This document shows, piece by piece, positions 29,001-37,110 of a DNA stretch of 52,668 nt. The first letter of the stretch is position 1; every line of letters starts with the position of its first letter. The stretch spans positions 1 to 52,668 of the forward strand of contig JAYUQN010001025.1 of assembly GCA_043756725.1 (NCBI GenBank), given 5' to 3'. The notes beneath the pieces were generated by a model. The model saw only the letters and a list, made by a program, of their open reading frames with translations. It did not search any database and was not told where the DNA came from. The DNA is from Saprospiraceae bacterium. Lineage in GTDB: Bacteria > Bacteroidota > Bacteroidia > Chitinophagales > Saprospiraceae. A program made the translations under genes and the position numbers.

Positions 29001-31620
29001 GAGTTTGGGGTCAATTGCTGCCACAAATGAAGCCAACGCCAATACATTTGCAGCCGATAATTCTTTTGAAATATGGGGCAGTAACGGCTTGGCTGCGGGT
29101 TATAATGTGACTTATACGCCGAGTTCTTACACGCCTATTTTTCCATTTAAATACATGAATAGACAATGGAAAGTGCAAGAAACAGGTACAGTAGGACCCG
29201 TTACGGTGAAAATAAACTCTAATGCCGATTATCTTTTAGTGGATACAGACGGAGACGGCAATTTTGCAACAGGTACAATAGATGAAATTGCTTTAACGAA
29301 TAAACAAGCCACCTATAATTTCAAAAATGGTGATGTTTTCACTTTTGGTAGAGAAGTGGTGGTTCAGACTTGTAACAATGGTTTGGCTTTTGTTCACGGT
29401 GACGATGCGACTTATGCGGCATCGGGCGGTGGTGCTGTTACCGAAGGGCTTTCTGCATGGCGGTCAAATGGTGATGGCACTTTCAGCAATACCCGCATTA
29501 CGCAAACTGGTTTTAATAGAAACAATACAGGAACGGAAGTTTTTGGCAATGATGTGTTTGCTTCAACTTATACATCTGATGTGGACAATGACGGCGATGT
29601 GGATATGATACATGTAACAGAAGACAATGCCAACAGCATTTATGTATATTTAAACAATGGCAACAGCACTTTCCAAACAACGCCAATTGTGACAACAGGT
29701 ATGCAAATGGGTACAAATAATGGTTTTGCAGGTCAATCGGCTGGTGAACAAGGTTGGATTGGTGACGCAAATGGTGATGGCAATGTGGACTATATTTTCT
29801 CTGGAAATGATGCCCAAGTCCATGTGTATTTGGGTTCTGGCGATGGTAAATTTGCTTTAACCCGCATTTCTTCTACTTTAATTGCTACGGGTTATCTCAC
29901 AAGTGGGATTTCAGGTGCTGAATTATTTTTAGTGGCAGATGTCAATAATGATGGTTCGATTGACTTAGTAGGCACTTATGACCCCGGACACATGCGGGTT
30001 TGGTTGGGCAATGGTGACGGCAGTTTTCAAGCCTATCCTTATTTTGATGCGGATATTCAAGACAGTGGTACGAGTAATTCTTCGGGCAGTGCGGACGATG
30101 AATACTCACAATTTGCAGACGTGGACGCTGATGGCGACTTGGATTATGTTCACGCAGAAGGCATGGATGGGACACCTCAAATTTGGGCTTTTTTAAACAA
30201 TGGCGATGGTACTTTTGCGACTAATGCTGTTTTAACCCAAGCCTCCACAAACCCTGGCGTTGGTTTAACAGATTTTGCGAATTATAATGTCGGCACACAA
30301 AGTTTCTTCGCCGATGTGAATAGCGATGGCAAAGCGGATTATATTTCAACCATTGACAATAATGGGGTAGGGTCTCAAAATGGTATCTATGTTTATTTGG
30401 CAACTTCAAATGGTAGTTTTGCCGTAACGCCAATTGCTACACCGATTACAACAGGTTTTGCAACAGGCTCAAATAATGCTACTGAAACCAGTTTTATTGC
30501 CTGTGGTATTGTCGTTTGTAATGCAGGAAACAATGCCCCCTCAGTATCTGCGACAAAAACGAATATTTGCCCCGCAACAATGGCTAATTTAAGCACTATT
30601 GTACCAGATAATAGCCCAAGTGGTGTTGTAACAACATGGCATACAGCTACACCTGCCACTTTATCGAATAGAGTTGCAGACAGTACGGCTGTCGGTGCGG
30701 GTGTCTATTATGCAGCATTTTTAGATAAAATAAATGGGTGTATTAGCCCGACTTCAACAGCCGTGACGGTGACAATAAATGCCTGTACAGCACCCGATTT
30801 GAAAACAACGATTTATCAACCCAATCCGTCATTGGTAGCCAATACAGCCAGTAATTTACCTGTTTCGGTGAAAAATGTGGGCGGTGCTTCGGCTTCGGGG
30901 GTTATTACAACAATCGTTACTTTACCAACGGGCGTATCTACACCCACTAATTTCACGACTAATGGCTCAACTTGTAACAGAAGTGGTCAAACGGTAACGT
31001 GTACCAATGCGGGTCCAATTGCAGTGAATGACAGTATTTTACTCAATGTGCCAATAACGCCAAGTGTATTATTGGTTGGTTCAACGCCTACTTTCAATGC
31101 GACTACAAATCCTGTTTCGGGTGAAACCAATACCAGCAACAATGCTGCAACGCCGACAACGGCATCAACAGCCGTAGTTGTTTTAACTGCACCCGATTTG
31201 ACAACAACGATTGGGCAACCCAATCCAGCTTTGGTAGTAGGACAAGCAAGCAATTTGCCGATTACCTTAAACAATGTTGGAACAGGTTCAGCCCCAGGGG
31301 TTATCACAACAACTATAACATTGCCAACAGGCGTAACCGCCCCTGCAACTTTTATTAACAATGGTTGGACGTGTTTGACATCTGCACCAACAGTGACGTG
31401 TACCAATTTAGGACCTATTGCAGCAGGAGGCAGCAGCACATTCAATGTGCCAGTCACACCTAATGCGTCAGTAGTGGGCACAAATCCAGTTTTTAATGCC
31501 AATACATTCCCAGTAATAGGTGAAACCAATACAAGCAATAATATAGGAACACCGACGCCGACAGCAGCAGCCGTACAAGCAGCCAGTTGTAATTGGACAC
31601 CGGGGGGTATTGGTAAATAA
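23059..31620 (+). CDS. Giant secreted protein (2853 aa): two FG-GAP/VCBS-like propeller blocks, four LamG-like modules, two DUF11/CARDB-like repeats
   Basis: The N-terminus is a signal peptide ending ...GQLPNAHAQ. FG-GAP-type calcium loops (ADVTGDGVVDIVH, ADVNGDGNLDYVTS, TDVNGDGKADLVAT, IDVNGDGKMDFVHT) occur near both ends. Four modules carry the repeated (S/T)YLAI(K/R)YG...GLNQKQS(K/R/Q)S...RIWK(V/I)QETGT(V/I)G motif set. Two near-identical modules follow: APDL(K/T)TTI.QPNP.LV...ASNLP. The tail is CNWTPGGIGK. Confidence 0.9.
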   Translation: MKPHFYNFFKVFQKKPNSFSKVLGFALFVAIFGQLPNAHAQSRLAFMHGADDNSGTGSGVSIWVSNGNGTFKQCKISDTGFDRDNLQSEVFGDDGSSTTFYADVTGDGVVDIVHASEYGGTNAIHVYRGNGRGGFSKTAITTSGMQSGSDGYVFTGNSGGESSFLADVNGDGNLDYVTSGNDRNIHTYLGNGNGTFATSRVSTTLTGANGYQTSGISTAEVAFLTDVNGDGKADLVATNEGDGRSIRVWLATTLGNFNATPVTTTGFQQTGSSIFTGIGGNETSAMIDVNGDGKMDFVHTNEFDANNDIFTFLGNGDGSFATTYVRSVVTNPAGTYYQAIGDWAGDYAQWIDVTGDNKVDFVTSADYLGVNSGIYVYTGNGDGTFNAAPIVTLGCGGFQTGSDFTETTRIVQVFSTGTTFANNCRVNPTGTTTAPGGVNDLLLWLKADDLTANAEGTSLATWSDSLSWGSVGQYYPTYRPTFNKTTASKLVNFNPSVSFNGGQELKTDHRLYCNNSQFQLVSVALDERNNPVELRAPFGIGGDGNYPAMDMQTDGISPNGFNPWMSYSSPAEWGAGTGVLYNGNTGGTNRQPQIFSLGSTNASTSAVDNIVSWVDGKKDATTLDAKQQTEIGNGMFLGSSGDAQWLGRIPETLIFTRQLNDGEMQKVNSYLAIKYGITLSQTMAQNYLASDSSVLWNATTNAAYKSDIVVIGRDDASGLNQKQSKSVNTGIQPIISLGAIAATNQANTGSFLTNKNFEAIGHNDLAANYATAYAPSSFTPVAPFYRMNRIWKVQETGTIGTVTIGIPLSNGAERLLVSTDASFAPASTQEILLTNDGNDNLKATVDLADGQFFTFGRIAVAPGCVVSGLQMWLKADAGVTGSTAVTKWDDQSVNGRALVQNTTGNAPAANATINFNPAFTFDGVNDRLEYKGTRFMSTTSSGTMYGAATNKYDGGYENLGVLGIDNPHMGTLANQQIMWMNSSAPVRIDQPGTLTPDQLYTWGYFWNGGTPDVGSGLRLDGKEFYDATTEATAVGSSGVSDGMFTVGSYEGLENWNGKIAEVILYDRNLTNVEKDKIETYLAIRYGNSLKHNYLSGAGVTIYDTTGYVNNIAGIGKEVCQGLNQKQSKSVNSGVQPIIGLARIDSTNAANTTEFAANNSFMVWGSNTGATNFGTAITPPAGISLNNRYGRIWKIQETGTVGIVKVAFPIRSGNGATVYLVRSTDATFDATDEFTPLSNLTVSGKEYLAANINFNNGDYFTVATFLTAPGCVASNLGLWLKADFSGTSTGENAEDWQDHSTNVNDVEVNGTMILQKGDANHNFQPYFGNFSATNFFKDMNSSLAPQGAFLASEVTMIAAVRPNTSTGTGRIMGIDNDDNFSGEPALSLSAGNPNYYRYWNTTKDFVTTTIPTTANQSTVISARTNGTEIKLGNNGAFESSTVVAGSGMWGDIMTVGYGSWSAAGAFPGEIQEVIWYKSALSNTEVQKINSYLGIKYGTSLNHPYLSGAGTTIYDTTGYAYNIAGIGRELCQGLNQKQSRSQNVGVQPIIALTALAETNFDNSATLEEGAYMIWGSTSGTGTFSNTINVPASVTANNRFSRIWKVQETGTVGTVQVALPSTLGNGATVYLVRSTDATFDASDEYLPLSIGVPSDSILTVGGSDYLATTINFNNGDYFTIATYLTAPGCVAANLNLWLKADKGLSSTTDGTTLNYWANQSINGIDSVYQATATARPTVFNTTKGNLVNFNPSLSFDGGDELISSNRLFSNTAPFTTIAMAIDRRTNTAELRAPMGMGYGNGNFLGLDFQTDGVSPYGFNPYSGVDAEWGNTTPNYRLNGLGHGSTNQNGNIVGLTTNNVAAGSDNVIAYVNGSKDNTTISANQNALFGNGIYVGSSGDAQWLGLVPEVIVYDRQLTDAEMQRVYSYLAIKYGTTLKQPYLNGAGNVVYDTTGYSKDIAGIAYEKCQGLNQKQSQSGNQGVRPTMSLGSIAATNEANANTFAADNSFEIWGSNGLAAGYNVTYTPSSYTPIFPFKYMNRQWKVQETGTVGPVTVKINSNADYLLVDTDGDGNFATGTIDEIALTNKQATYNFKNGDVFTFGREVVVQTCNNGLAFVHGDDATYAASGGGAVTEGLSAWRSNGDGTFSNTRITQTGFNRNNTGTEVFGNDVFASTYTSDVDNDGDVDMIHVTEDNANSIYVYLNNGNSTFQTTPIVTTGMQMGTNNGFAGQSAGEQGWIGDANGDGNVDYIFSGNDAQVHVYLGSGDGKFALTRISSTLIATGYLTSGISGAELFLVADVNNDGSIDLVGTYDPGHMRVWLGNGDGSFQAYPYFDADIQDSGTSNSSGSADDEYSQFADVDADGDLDYVHAEGMDGTPQIWAFLNNGDGTFATNAVLTQASTNPGVGLTDFANYNVGTQSFFADVNSDGKADYISTIDNNGVGSQNGIYVYLATSNGSFAVTPIATPITTGFATGSNNATETSFIACGIVVCNAGNNAPSVSATKTNICPATMANLSTIVPDNSPSGVVTTWHTATPATLSNRVADSTAVGAGVYYAAFLDKINGCISPTSTAVTVTINACTAPDLKTTIYQPNPSLVANTASNLPVSVKNVGGASASGVITTIVTLPTGVSTPTNFTTNGSTCNRSGQTVTCTNAGPIAVNDSILLNVPITPSVLLVGSTPTFNATTNPVSGETNTSNNAATPTTASTAVVVLTAPDLTTTIGQPNPALVVGQASNLPITLNNVGTGSAPGVITTTITLPTGVTAPATFINNGWTCLTSAPTVTCTNLGPIAAGGSSTFNVPVTPNASVVGTNPVFNANTFPVIGETNTSNNIGTPTPTAAAVQAASCNWTPGGIGK

Positions 31621-31719
31621 CAGGCAAGGCAAAATTTTTTGCCCAAACATATTCAATTTTTTAGTGCTTAAAAATCTACCTAAAAACTGTAATAGGTTTT
31701 TAAACAAAAGAATAAACAG

Positions 31720-31748
31720 GTGTCAGCCGCCTTAAAAGCGGCTGACAC
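31720..31748 (+). terminator. Hairpin GTGTCAGCCGC-CTTAAAA-GCGGCTGACAC downstream of the 2853-aa gene
   Basis: The stem is a perfect 11 bp. No clear T-tract follows it, so terminator function is inferred from position only. Confidence 0.45.
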
Positions 31749-31794
31749 CATAAAAAAATATTTTCAACAATTAAATACAAAAATAATTTTTAAA

Positions 31795-32880
31795 ATGAAA
31801 AAGACATTACTTGCAATTGCGGCAACACTCACTTTTGGCTACGCCAATGCACAAATTAAAGTGGGTAGCAACCCCACAACAATCAACACCGCACTCAACC
31901 TCGAAGTTGAGGCAACCAATGGCATAAAACTCGCCGTTGATAAAGCCACAGGTAAAGTAGGAATTGGCACAACAACGCCAACGGATATGCTTACCATACG
32001 AAACAGCACAGCACAACCTGTTGCCATCGTGTCAAATGGGGCAAATCATGCCAATACACCACTCATGGGTGTTAAAGACGAAGGCGTTAGAAATGCTTAT
32101 TTGGGGGTAGATCCTACATCTCATAGTTTATTTTTATTGAACTATGGGAGTGGAACATTAGATATGGGCAATAATGGGATATTCAAAAGCTCATTGGTGA
32201 TGACCGACCTCGGTAAAGTAGGAATTGGCACAACGACACCAAATGCCAACTTAGAGGTGATTGGTAGCACTAAAACGGATGCGCTTCAAGTCGTTGTTGG
32301 TGCAGGTGCTGGAAAAGTTTTAACTTCTGATGCAGCAGGTTTGGCTTCTTGGGCAACGCCATCATCTGCCTCTCCTGTAACTTTTATTCAGACAACCCCT
32401 GCTTACAATGCGCCAATCACTGCGGGGAATTGGAGCAATCAAGTAGAAAGCTCAGGTGTGTATAAATCGCAAGCAGGTATCTTTACTTTTACACTTGCAA
32501 GGGCTTCGGATGTCGTTAGCACAGGTACTATCAGTGGTGGTACGCCTTGTTCGGGCTGTGTTGATGATGGCGGTGGTGTCAATAATAACCTTAGTGTGAT
32601 GGGTAAGGCTTATTATACGATAAGAAATTCGAGTAATGTTGTTGTCGGAACATCTCAATCATCAACAATGCTTATTCAAAGAGCTGCAAGTGGGCACAAT
32701 GGTGCAACAGGATCTGCTTTGTCTTTGAGTGTTACGGCATTGCCAGCGGGTACTTATAGTATTGATGTTTATTATACGGTTAATGGTGGCGCAAGCCCAT
32801 GGACTTTTTTTAGTGCGACTTCTAATTTTGTCTTTTCGCCCTCAAATTTAGCGATTCAAATATTGGCATTGCCTAATTAA
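31795..32880 (+). CDS. Secreted tail-fibre-like protein (362 aa)
   Basis: ATG at 31795 gives MKKTLLAIAATLTFGYANAQ. The tracked GTG start at 31720 lies inside the upstream hairpin. The motif GKVGIGTTTP(T/N) occurs twice; as recalled, it is typical of Bacteroidota tail-fibre/needle-like repeat proteins. Confidence 0.7.
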   Translation: MKKTLLAIAATLTFGYANAQIKVGSNPTTINTALNLEVEATNGIKLAVDKATGKVGIGTTTPTDMLTIRNSTAQPVAIVSNGANHANTPLMGVKDEGVRNAYLGVDPTSHSLFLLNYGSGTLDMGNNGIFKSSLVMTDLGKVGIGTTTPNANLEVIGSTKTDALQVVVGAGAGKVLTSDAAGLASWATPSSASPVTFIQTTPAYNAPITAGNWSNQVESSGVYKSQAGIFTFTLARASDVVSTGTISGGTPCSGCVDDGGGVNNNLSVMGKAYYTIRNSSNVVVGTSQSSTMLIQRAASGHNGATGSALSLSVTALPAGTYSIDVYYTVNGGASPWTFFSATSNFVFSPSNLAIQILALPN

Positions 32881-33011
32881 TAAAAAGGACTTTCTCAATA
32901 TTTTGAGTATAAATCAACGATTGAAGATAAGTTTTTAGAGTTGATACATTACATTTTTAACACCGCTATTAAAAGGTGGATTTACAAATTTTAAAATAAA
33001 TACAAAAGCTG

Positions 33012-35186
33012 ATGATACAATTACTTCACAAAAGTAAAATTTCATTGTGGTTGTGTGTCGTGATATTTTTGAATTTACATGAGAAAACGCACGCACAATC
33101 ATCAAGCTCGGGCAGTGCTTATGTCTATGGCGGAGGTATCACAAGCATGGTAGGGCAACATAATTTCCTAACAGGCAGTGGCACTATTAGCCTCGGCATT
33201 ATTGGCAGTGAGCGCAGCACAAGCAGTAGTTATGGATTCCTTCAAGGCTCAAGTTGGCTCAATGCCAGCGACAATGCCTTTATTGATGGCTATGCCACAA
33301 CATACAGCACGAGTGCTTTCACATTTCCTATTGGCGATAATGGCAAATACCGTCCTGCGGCTATTACGGCTGCTTCAAATGCTGCCCCGACATCTGCCGC
33401 TTACTATGGTGTAAACCCCACAACCGCCACAACAAGTAGTTTGGCAGGAGGTACTGAAGTTGCTTTGCCAACAGGCGCACCTTTTTCAATTTCATCAAAA
33501 GGCACAAACGTAAATTTGGTGACAGATAAAGAATATTGGGATATAAAAGGTACTACAGTTACTAAAATTTCACTTACTTGGGATGCCAATAGTGCTATTG
33601 GAACACTCACAAGCAGTACCCTTGCCAATCTTACAATAGTGGGCTGGAATGGTACACAATGGGTGAAAATCCCTTCAACCGTGGACGCAACCTCCATTTT
33701 AGGAGGCGCAAGCGCTTTAACTGCGGGTTCAATCACAACTGATGCGGCATTGATACCCAATACTTATACTGTTTATTCCTTTGGTGTTTCGGTTGCTTGT
33801 GCAGTGCCAACGGTTGGTGGTGCGGTAACATATAGTGGTGGCACACTTTGTAATGCCTCAAATATTGGTTCGGCAATGCTTACAGGCAATACGGGCGATG
33901 TTGTGCGGTGGGAAACTTCCACAAATGCAGGTGGCACATGGTCGCCTATTACGTCAACAGCCAGTTATTATAATTTTACAAACACAGCCAGCGGACAACA
34001 ATACCGTGCTGTGGTCAATAATGGTGCAGGTTGTTTAGATGAAAATGCTGCACCTGTCACGATTGCTACAAGCGCAGCCGCTTGTACAAGTGTGAGTTGC
34101 GACAATTCAACGGGGAATATCTCCATTACAGTCACAACGCCGCCCTCACTTGCCACTTATGACAGTAGGATTATTATGACCAATGCGAGTGGTGTTATTC
34201 AATACGCATCAGCTATCAATCAGACAACTATTAATGGTGTAGCTGTTGGGGATTATTTGGTGTATCGGGTCGTTTATGATGCTTCCCAAACGCCTTTGCC
34301 TACAATGACAGTGGGTACGAATATTACAGCTATTGGTGGCGCATGTGCTAAGTTTACCAATCAATTAGCGTATAAAGTTTGTGTTGGAGGTAATGTTTTA
34401 GTCTCTATAAAAGTCCTTTTATCGGGCAATTATAATACACTAACAGGTTTGATGCACGATGAATTGCGGGTGAAAAACCTCATCCCAACCGCTCAACCTT
34501 ATAGCGGATTAACAGATTTTGCTTACTCTGGCACTGAAACAACGACCCCCTCAGTATTGAGCGTGTCTGGCATAAATGCCATCGTGGATTGGGTCTTGGT
34601 AGAACTCCGTGATGCCACTACGCCAACAACCATAGTTGCCCGAAAAGCCGCTTTATTGCAGCGAGATGGGGATATTGTGGACACGGATGGCGTTTCACCG
34701 CTTACTCTAATCGCTGCTTCTGGCAATTACTACGTAGCGGTGCGTCATAGAAACCATTTGGGCGTAATGACCGCTACAACCCGTGCTTTGAGTGGCACAA
34801 CGACTTCTGTTGATTTTACAAGTATTTTAACGGTCAATTATCAACGGAGTGGCGTAACAGGCAATGTCCATGCTCAAAAAACAGTGGGTCTAAAACGGGC
34901 ATTGTGGGCAGGAAATACCAATATCAATGCTTATGTGTCCTTCACAAGTGGGGGCAATGATACCGACCCTGTGTATTTCAAAGTCTTAGGCGATGTGGGC
35001 AATTCGGCTTTTGCAGCGAACTATATTGTCAATAATACCTACGCCCGTGAGGACATGAACTTAGATGGCAAGGTGATTTATCAGTCCACAGACAATGAAT
35101 TGGATACGATATTGTTTGGTCTTTTAGGGCATTTGCTGAATTTGAATGCTTTGAATTCTTATGTTATTTATCAACAATTACCGTAA
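33012..35186 (+). CDS. Secreted 724-aa protein with one Ig-like W.TS..GG.(T/S)W module, one Cys-bounded module and a dockerin-like C-terminal domain
   Basis: It has a signal peptide. VRWETSTNAGGTWSPI...QQYRAVVNNGAGC is shared with 37819..45348. The CDNSTGNISI...AYKVCVG module is present. The C-terminal domain VDWVLVELRD...LLQRDGDIVDTDG...VAVRHRNHLGVM...EDMNLDGKVIYQSTDNELDTILF is homologous to the end of 37819..45348. Confidence 0.85.
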   Translation: MIQLLHKSKISLWLCVVIFLNLHEKTHAQSSSSGSAYVYGGGITSMVGQHNFLTGSGTISLGIIGSERSTSSSYGFLQGSSWLNASDNAFIDGYATTYSTSAFTFPIGDNGKYRPAAITAASNAAPTSAAYYGVNPTTATTSSLAGGTEVALPTGAPFSISSKGTNVNLVTDKEYWDIKGTTVTKISLTWDANSAIGTLTSSTLANLTIVGWNGTQWVKIPSTVDATSILGGASALTAGSITTDAALIPNTYTVYSFGVSVACAVPTVGGAVTYSGGTLCNASNIGSAMLTGNTGDVVRWETSTNAGGTWSPITSTASYYNFTNTASGQQYRAVVNNGAGCLDENAAPVTIATSAAACTSVSCDNSTGNISITVTTPPSLATYDSRIIMTNASGVIQYASAINQTTINGVAVGDYLVYRVVYDASQTPLPTMTVGTNITAIGGACAKFTNQLAYKVCVGGNVLVSIKVLLSGNYNTLTGLMHDELRVKNLIPTAQPYSGLTDFAYSGTETTTPSVLSVSGINAIVDWVLVELRDATTPTTIVARKAALLQRDGDIVDTDGVSPLTLIAASGNYYVAVRHRNHLGVMTATTRALSGTTTSVDFTSILTVNYQRSGVTGNVHAQKTVGLKRALWAGNTNINAYVSFTSGGNDTDPVYFKVLGDVGNSAFAANYIVNNTYAREDMNLDGKVIYQSTDNELDTILFGLLGHLLNLNALNSYVIYQQLP

Positions 35187-35189
35187 TAT

Positions 35190-35323
35190 GTAGCTTCGGC
35201 TTTAGCCGAACCCGTTTAAACGGCTTTAGCCGTTCAATGCGATTAATTTAGTTCGCAGATTTAGGGTAAGTTTTTTACAACGGCTAAAGCCGTTTAAACG
35301 GGTTCGGCTGAAGCCGAAGCTAC
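35190..35323. repeat. 134-bp palindrome with 45-nt arms (one mismatch) made of nested sub-palindromes
   Basis: The left arm is GTAGCTTCGGCTTTAGCCGAACCCGTTTAAACGGCTTTAGCCGTT, and its complement lies at 35279..35323. The sub-hairpins are TTCGGC-TTTA-GCCGAA, CCGTTTAAACGG and ACGGC-TTTA-GCCGT. The element starts 4 nt after the stop codon. Confidence 0.85.
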
Positions 35324-35336
35324 TTAAATAAAAACA

Positions 35337-36176
35337 ATGAAAAAATCAATCTTATACGCCGCTTTAATCGGCATGAGTTTAAAAAGCCAAGCCCAAGTCA
35401 AATTGCAATTGACTTTGATGGCAGATAAAAAAACATACATGGTCAGTATGTTGCCTGAAAAAACCTTGACGATGCCTCAAAACATCACAGGCACGGCACA
35501 AGTAACGGTCAGAATACCCGCCCACGTCCGTTTCACCGCAGGCGATATTAAAAACCTGCAAACAGGGGTAGAATGGGTAAACAGTGTGCATTTAGAAAGC
35601 CCAAAAGCTGATGCACAACACGACTATATTTCATTTTCATTAAAAACGATGGGAACACGCAATATCCCTTACGAAATGGGTAAGGAAACCCCGCTTTTCA
35701 CATTCACCAATATCCGCACCGATTGTGTTGGTTTGGTAGAATTGATTGACGACAATGACCCCTCAGTATCGAAGGTCTTAAAAGAGGGTTATAATGTGAA
35801 AAACCATCTAAGCGTCATGGGCGTACAAGGCGAAGCGGTGACGGGTGTTTTAACTAAAAAAGCGGATTGTTCTGCAATAGCATCAAGTGTTACAGACTTG
35901 AATAGTCCATTTAAAATACTGTCTGCCTTTCCCATTCCTGCCAGTACAGACTTGACAATTGAGTATCAAATGACGGTAAAAGATGCCTCAAAAGGGCAGT
36001 TGATTATCAAAGATATGGTTGGGAAAGAAATCACGCGCCAAAACATACCCCTCAGTATAAATAGAGAAAAAGCGAGTGTTACTGTCTCTAATTGGGCGGT
36101 GGGCTTGTATTTATTTCATATTCAAGATGCACAGGGGCGGGTATCGGGTGTGCAGAAGTTTGTTGTGGTGAAATAG
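35337..36176 (+). CDS. T9SS cargo protein (279 aa) with a type-A C-terminal sorting domain
   Basis: The signal peptide is MKKSILYAALIGMSLKSQAQ. The C-terminal 85 aa read FPIPASTDLTIEY...IIKDMVGKEI...VSNWAVGLYLFHIQDAQGRVSGVQKFVVVK, a typical Por/T9SS CTD. The N-terminal domain is homologous to that of 36443..37057. Confidence 0.85.
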   Translation: MKKSILYAALIGMSLKSQAQVKLQLTLMADKKTYMVSMLPEKTLTMPQNITGTAQVTVRIPAHVRFTAGDIKNLQTGVEWVNSVHLESPKADAQHDYISFSLKTMGTRNIPYEMGKETPLFTFTNIRTDCVGLVELIDDNDPSVSKVLKEGYNVKNHLSVMGVQGEAVTGVLTKKADCSAIASSVTDLNSPFKILSAFPIPASTDLTIEYQMTVKDASKGQLIIKDMVGKEITRQNIPLSINREKASVTVSNWAVGLYLFHIQDAQGRVSGVQKFVVVK

Positions 36177-36179
36177 GGA

Positions 36180-36259
36180 GACTTGTACATAGGTTTAGTA
36201 AACGGAAATTTTTTTTTTCAAAAAAAAAAATTTCCGTTTACTAAACCTATGCACAAGTC
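36180..36259. repeat. 80-bp palindrome centred on T10-C-A11
   Basis: The arms are ACTTGTACATAGGTTTAGTAAACGGAAA(T)n and (A)nTTTCCGTTTACTAAACCTATGCACAAGT with one mismatch. The element starts 4 nt after the stop codon. Confidence 0.85.
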
Positions 36260-36266
36260 CGCCTCA

Positions 36267-36377
36267 AATTGCCCCCCTACCCCCAAAGGGGGAGTACATC
36301 GGAAATGAGATTGAAAATTACCACAATTTTTAACAGCATTTCGAGTGTACTCCCCCTTTGGGGGTAGGGGGGCAATT
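36267..36377. repeat. 111-bp hairpin element with 32-nt perfect arms
   Basis: The arms are AATTGCCCCCCTACCCCCAAAGGGGGAGTACA and TGTACTCCCCCTTTGGGGGTAGGGGGGCAATT. Each arm contains CCCCCAAAGGGGG. The loop is 47 nt. Confidence 0.85.
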
Positions 36378-36442
36378 GGGGTGGGTCGAATATTTTAAAA
36401 AGTAAAATAAAGTAAAATAAAAATAACAAAACCATTTAAAAA

Positions 36443-37057
36443 ATGCAAAAACTAAGTTTCACACTCTTCCTATTTTTAGGCACTCTTTTATCATTAAAAG
36501 CTGCCACACCCGTCCGTTTTAAATTGGTGTACAACAATGCTACGTCAAAATACGAGGTCTATATGAATTCAACAACTGCTTATATCGGCAATCCCGACCG
36601 CTTGATTTCATCGGCACAAGTGACGCTCGTAGTACCAACAGGCGCAGGGGCAGCCCAATTTCAACCAACAAGCATCACAGGCGGAACAGGCGGCGGCGCA
36701 ACAGCTATGTCGTGGACAATCTCACGAGCCAATGCGCCTACTGAAAACGCTACAAAAGACTATATTCTCTTTGAATACAGCGCATCATCAAACCCTTCAG
36801 TAAGTTTTGATATTCCAGCGAATACCGATATTTTATTGTTTTCATTCAGCAATAGTGGAACGTGTCCAAGCGCACCTATTGCTTTGATAAACAATACCAA
36901 TGACCCCTTTATATTCCCCAATTCTCAAAGCCTTCAAACGGCAAATGGTATGACGATTTATGGCAATGGTGGTGACGCTTATGGGAGCAATTTGAGTGGG
37001 AATGTGTCTTGTGCTGTTGTGTCATGTGCGGCGAATGCAGGGGTTTTAAGTCGTTAA
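36443..37057 (+). CDS. Secreted 204-aa paralogue of the 35337..36176 N-terminal domain, ending in the short Cys tail instead of a T9SS CTD
   Basis: The signal peptide is MQKLSFTLFLFLGTLLSLKA. VRFKLVYNNATSKYEVYM...SSAQVTLVVP...DYILFEY...LLFSFSNSGTC...LINNTNDP aligns with VKLQLTLMADKKTYMVSM...GTAQVTVRIP...DYISFSL...PLFTFTNIRTDC...LIDDNDP. The tail is CAANAGVLSR. Confidence 0.75.
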   Translation: MQKLSFTLFLFLGTLLSLKAATPVRFKLVYNNATSKYEVYMNSTTAYIGNPDRLISSAQVTLVVPTGAGAAQFQPTSITGGTGGGATAMSWTISRANAPTENATKDYILFEYSASSNPSVSFDIPANTDILLFSFSNSGTCPSAPIALINNTNDPFIFPNSQSLQTANGMTIYGNGGDAYGSNLSGNVSCAVVSCAANAGVLSR

Positions 37058-37110
37058 ATTTTTTTGCTTACTCATATTATGTTTTTTAAAATTTTAAATA
37101 TAGACTTTAT

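Noticed and set aside
15481-33760. Long antisense or alternative-frame ORFs inside the giant genes (for example 15481..15726, 16405..16680, 18022..18387, 19356..19910, 25410..25856, 30987..31646, 33404..33760)
   Set aside because: All are fully embedded in much longer sense ORFs with clear domain repeats. The G/T/A/N-rich repetitive codon usage of those genes suppresses stop codons on the opposite strand. The products are P/V/A-rich low-complexity strings.
35337-37057. The shared N-terminal domain of the 279-aa and 204-aa proteins, considered as a cohesin partner for the dockerin-like domains next door
   Set aside because: It is attractive by position. However, I could not align the domain convincingly to the cohesin pattern by eye, so the idea rests on adjacency only.
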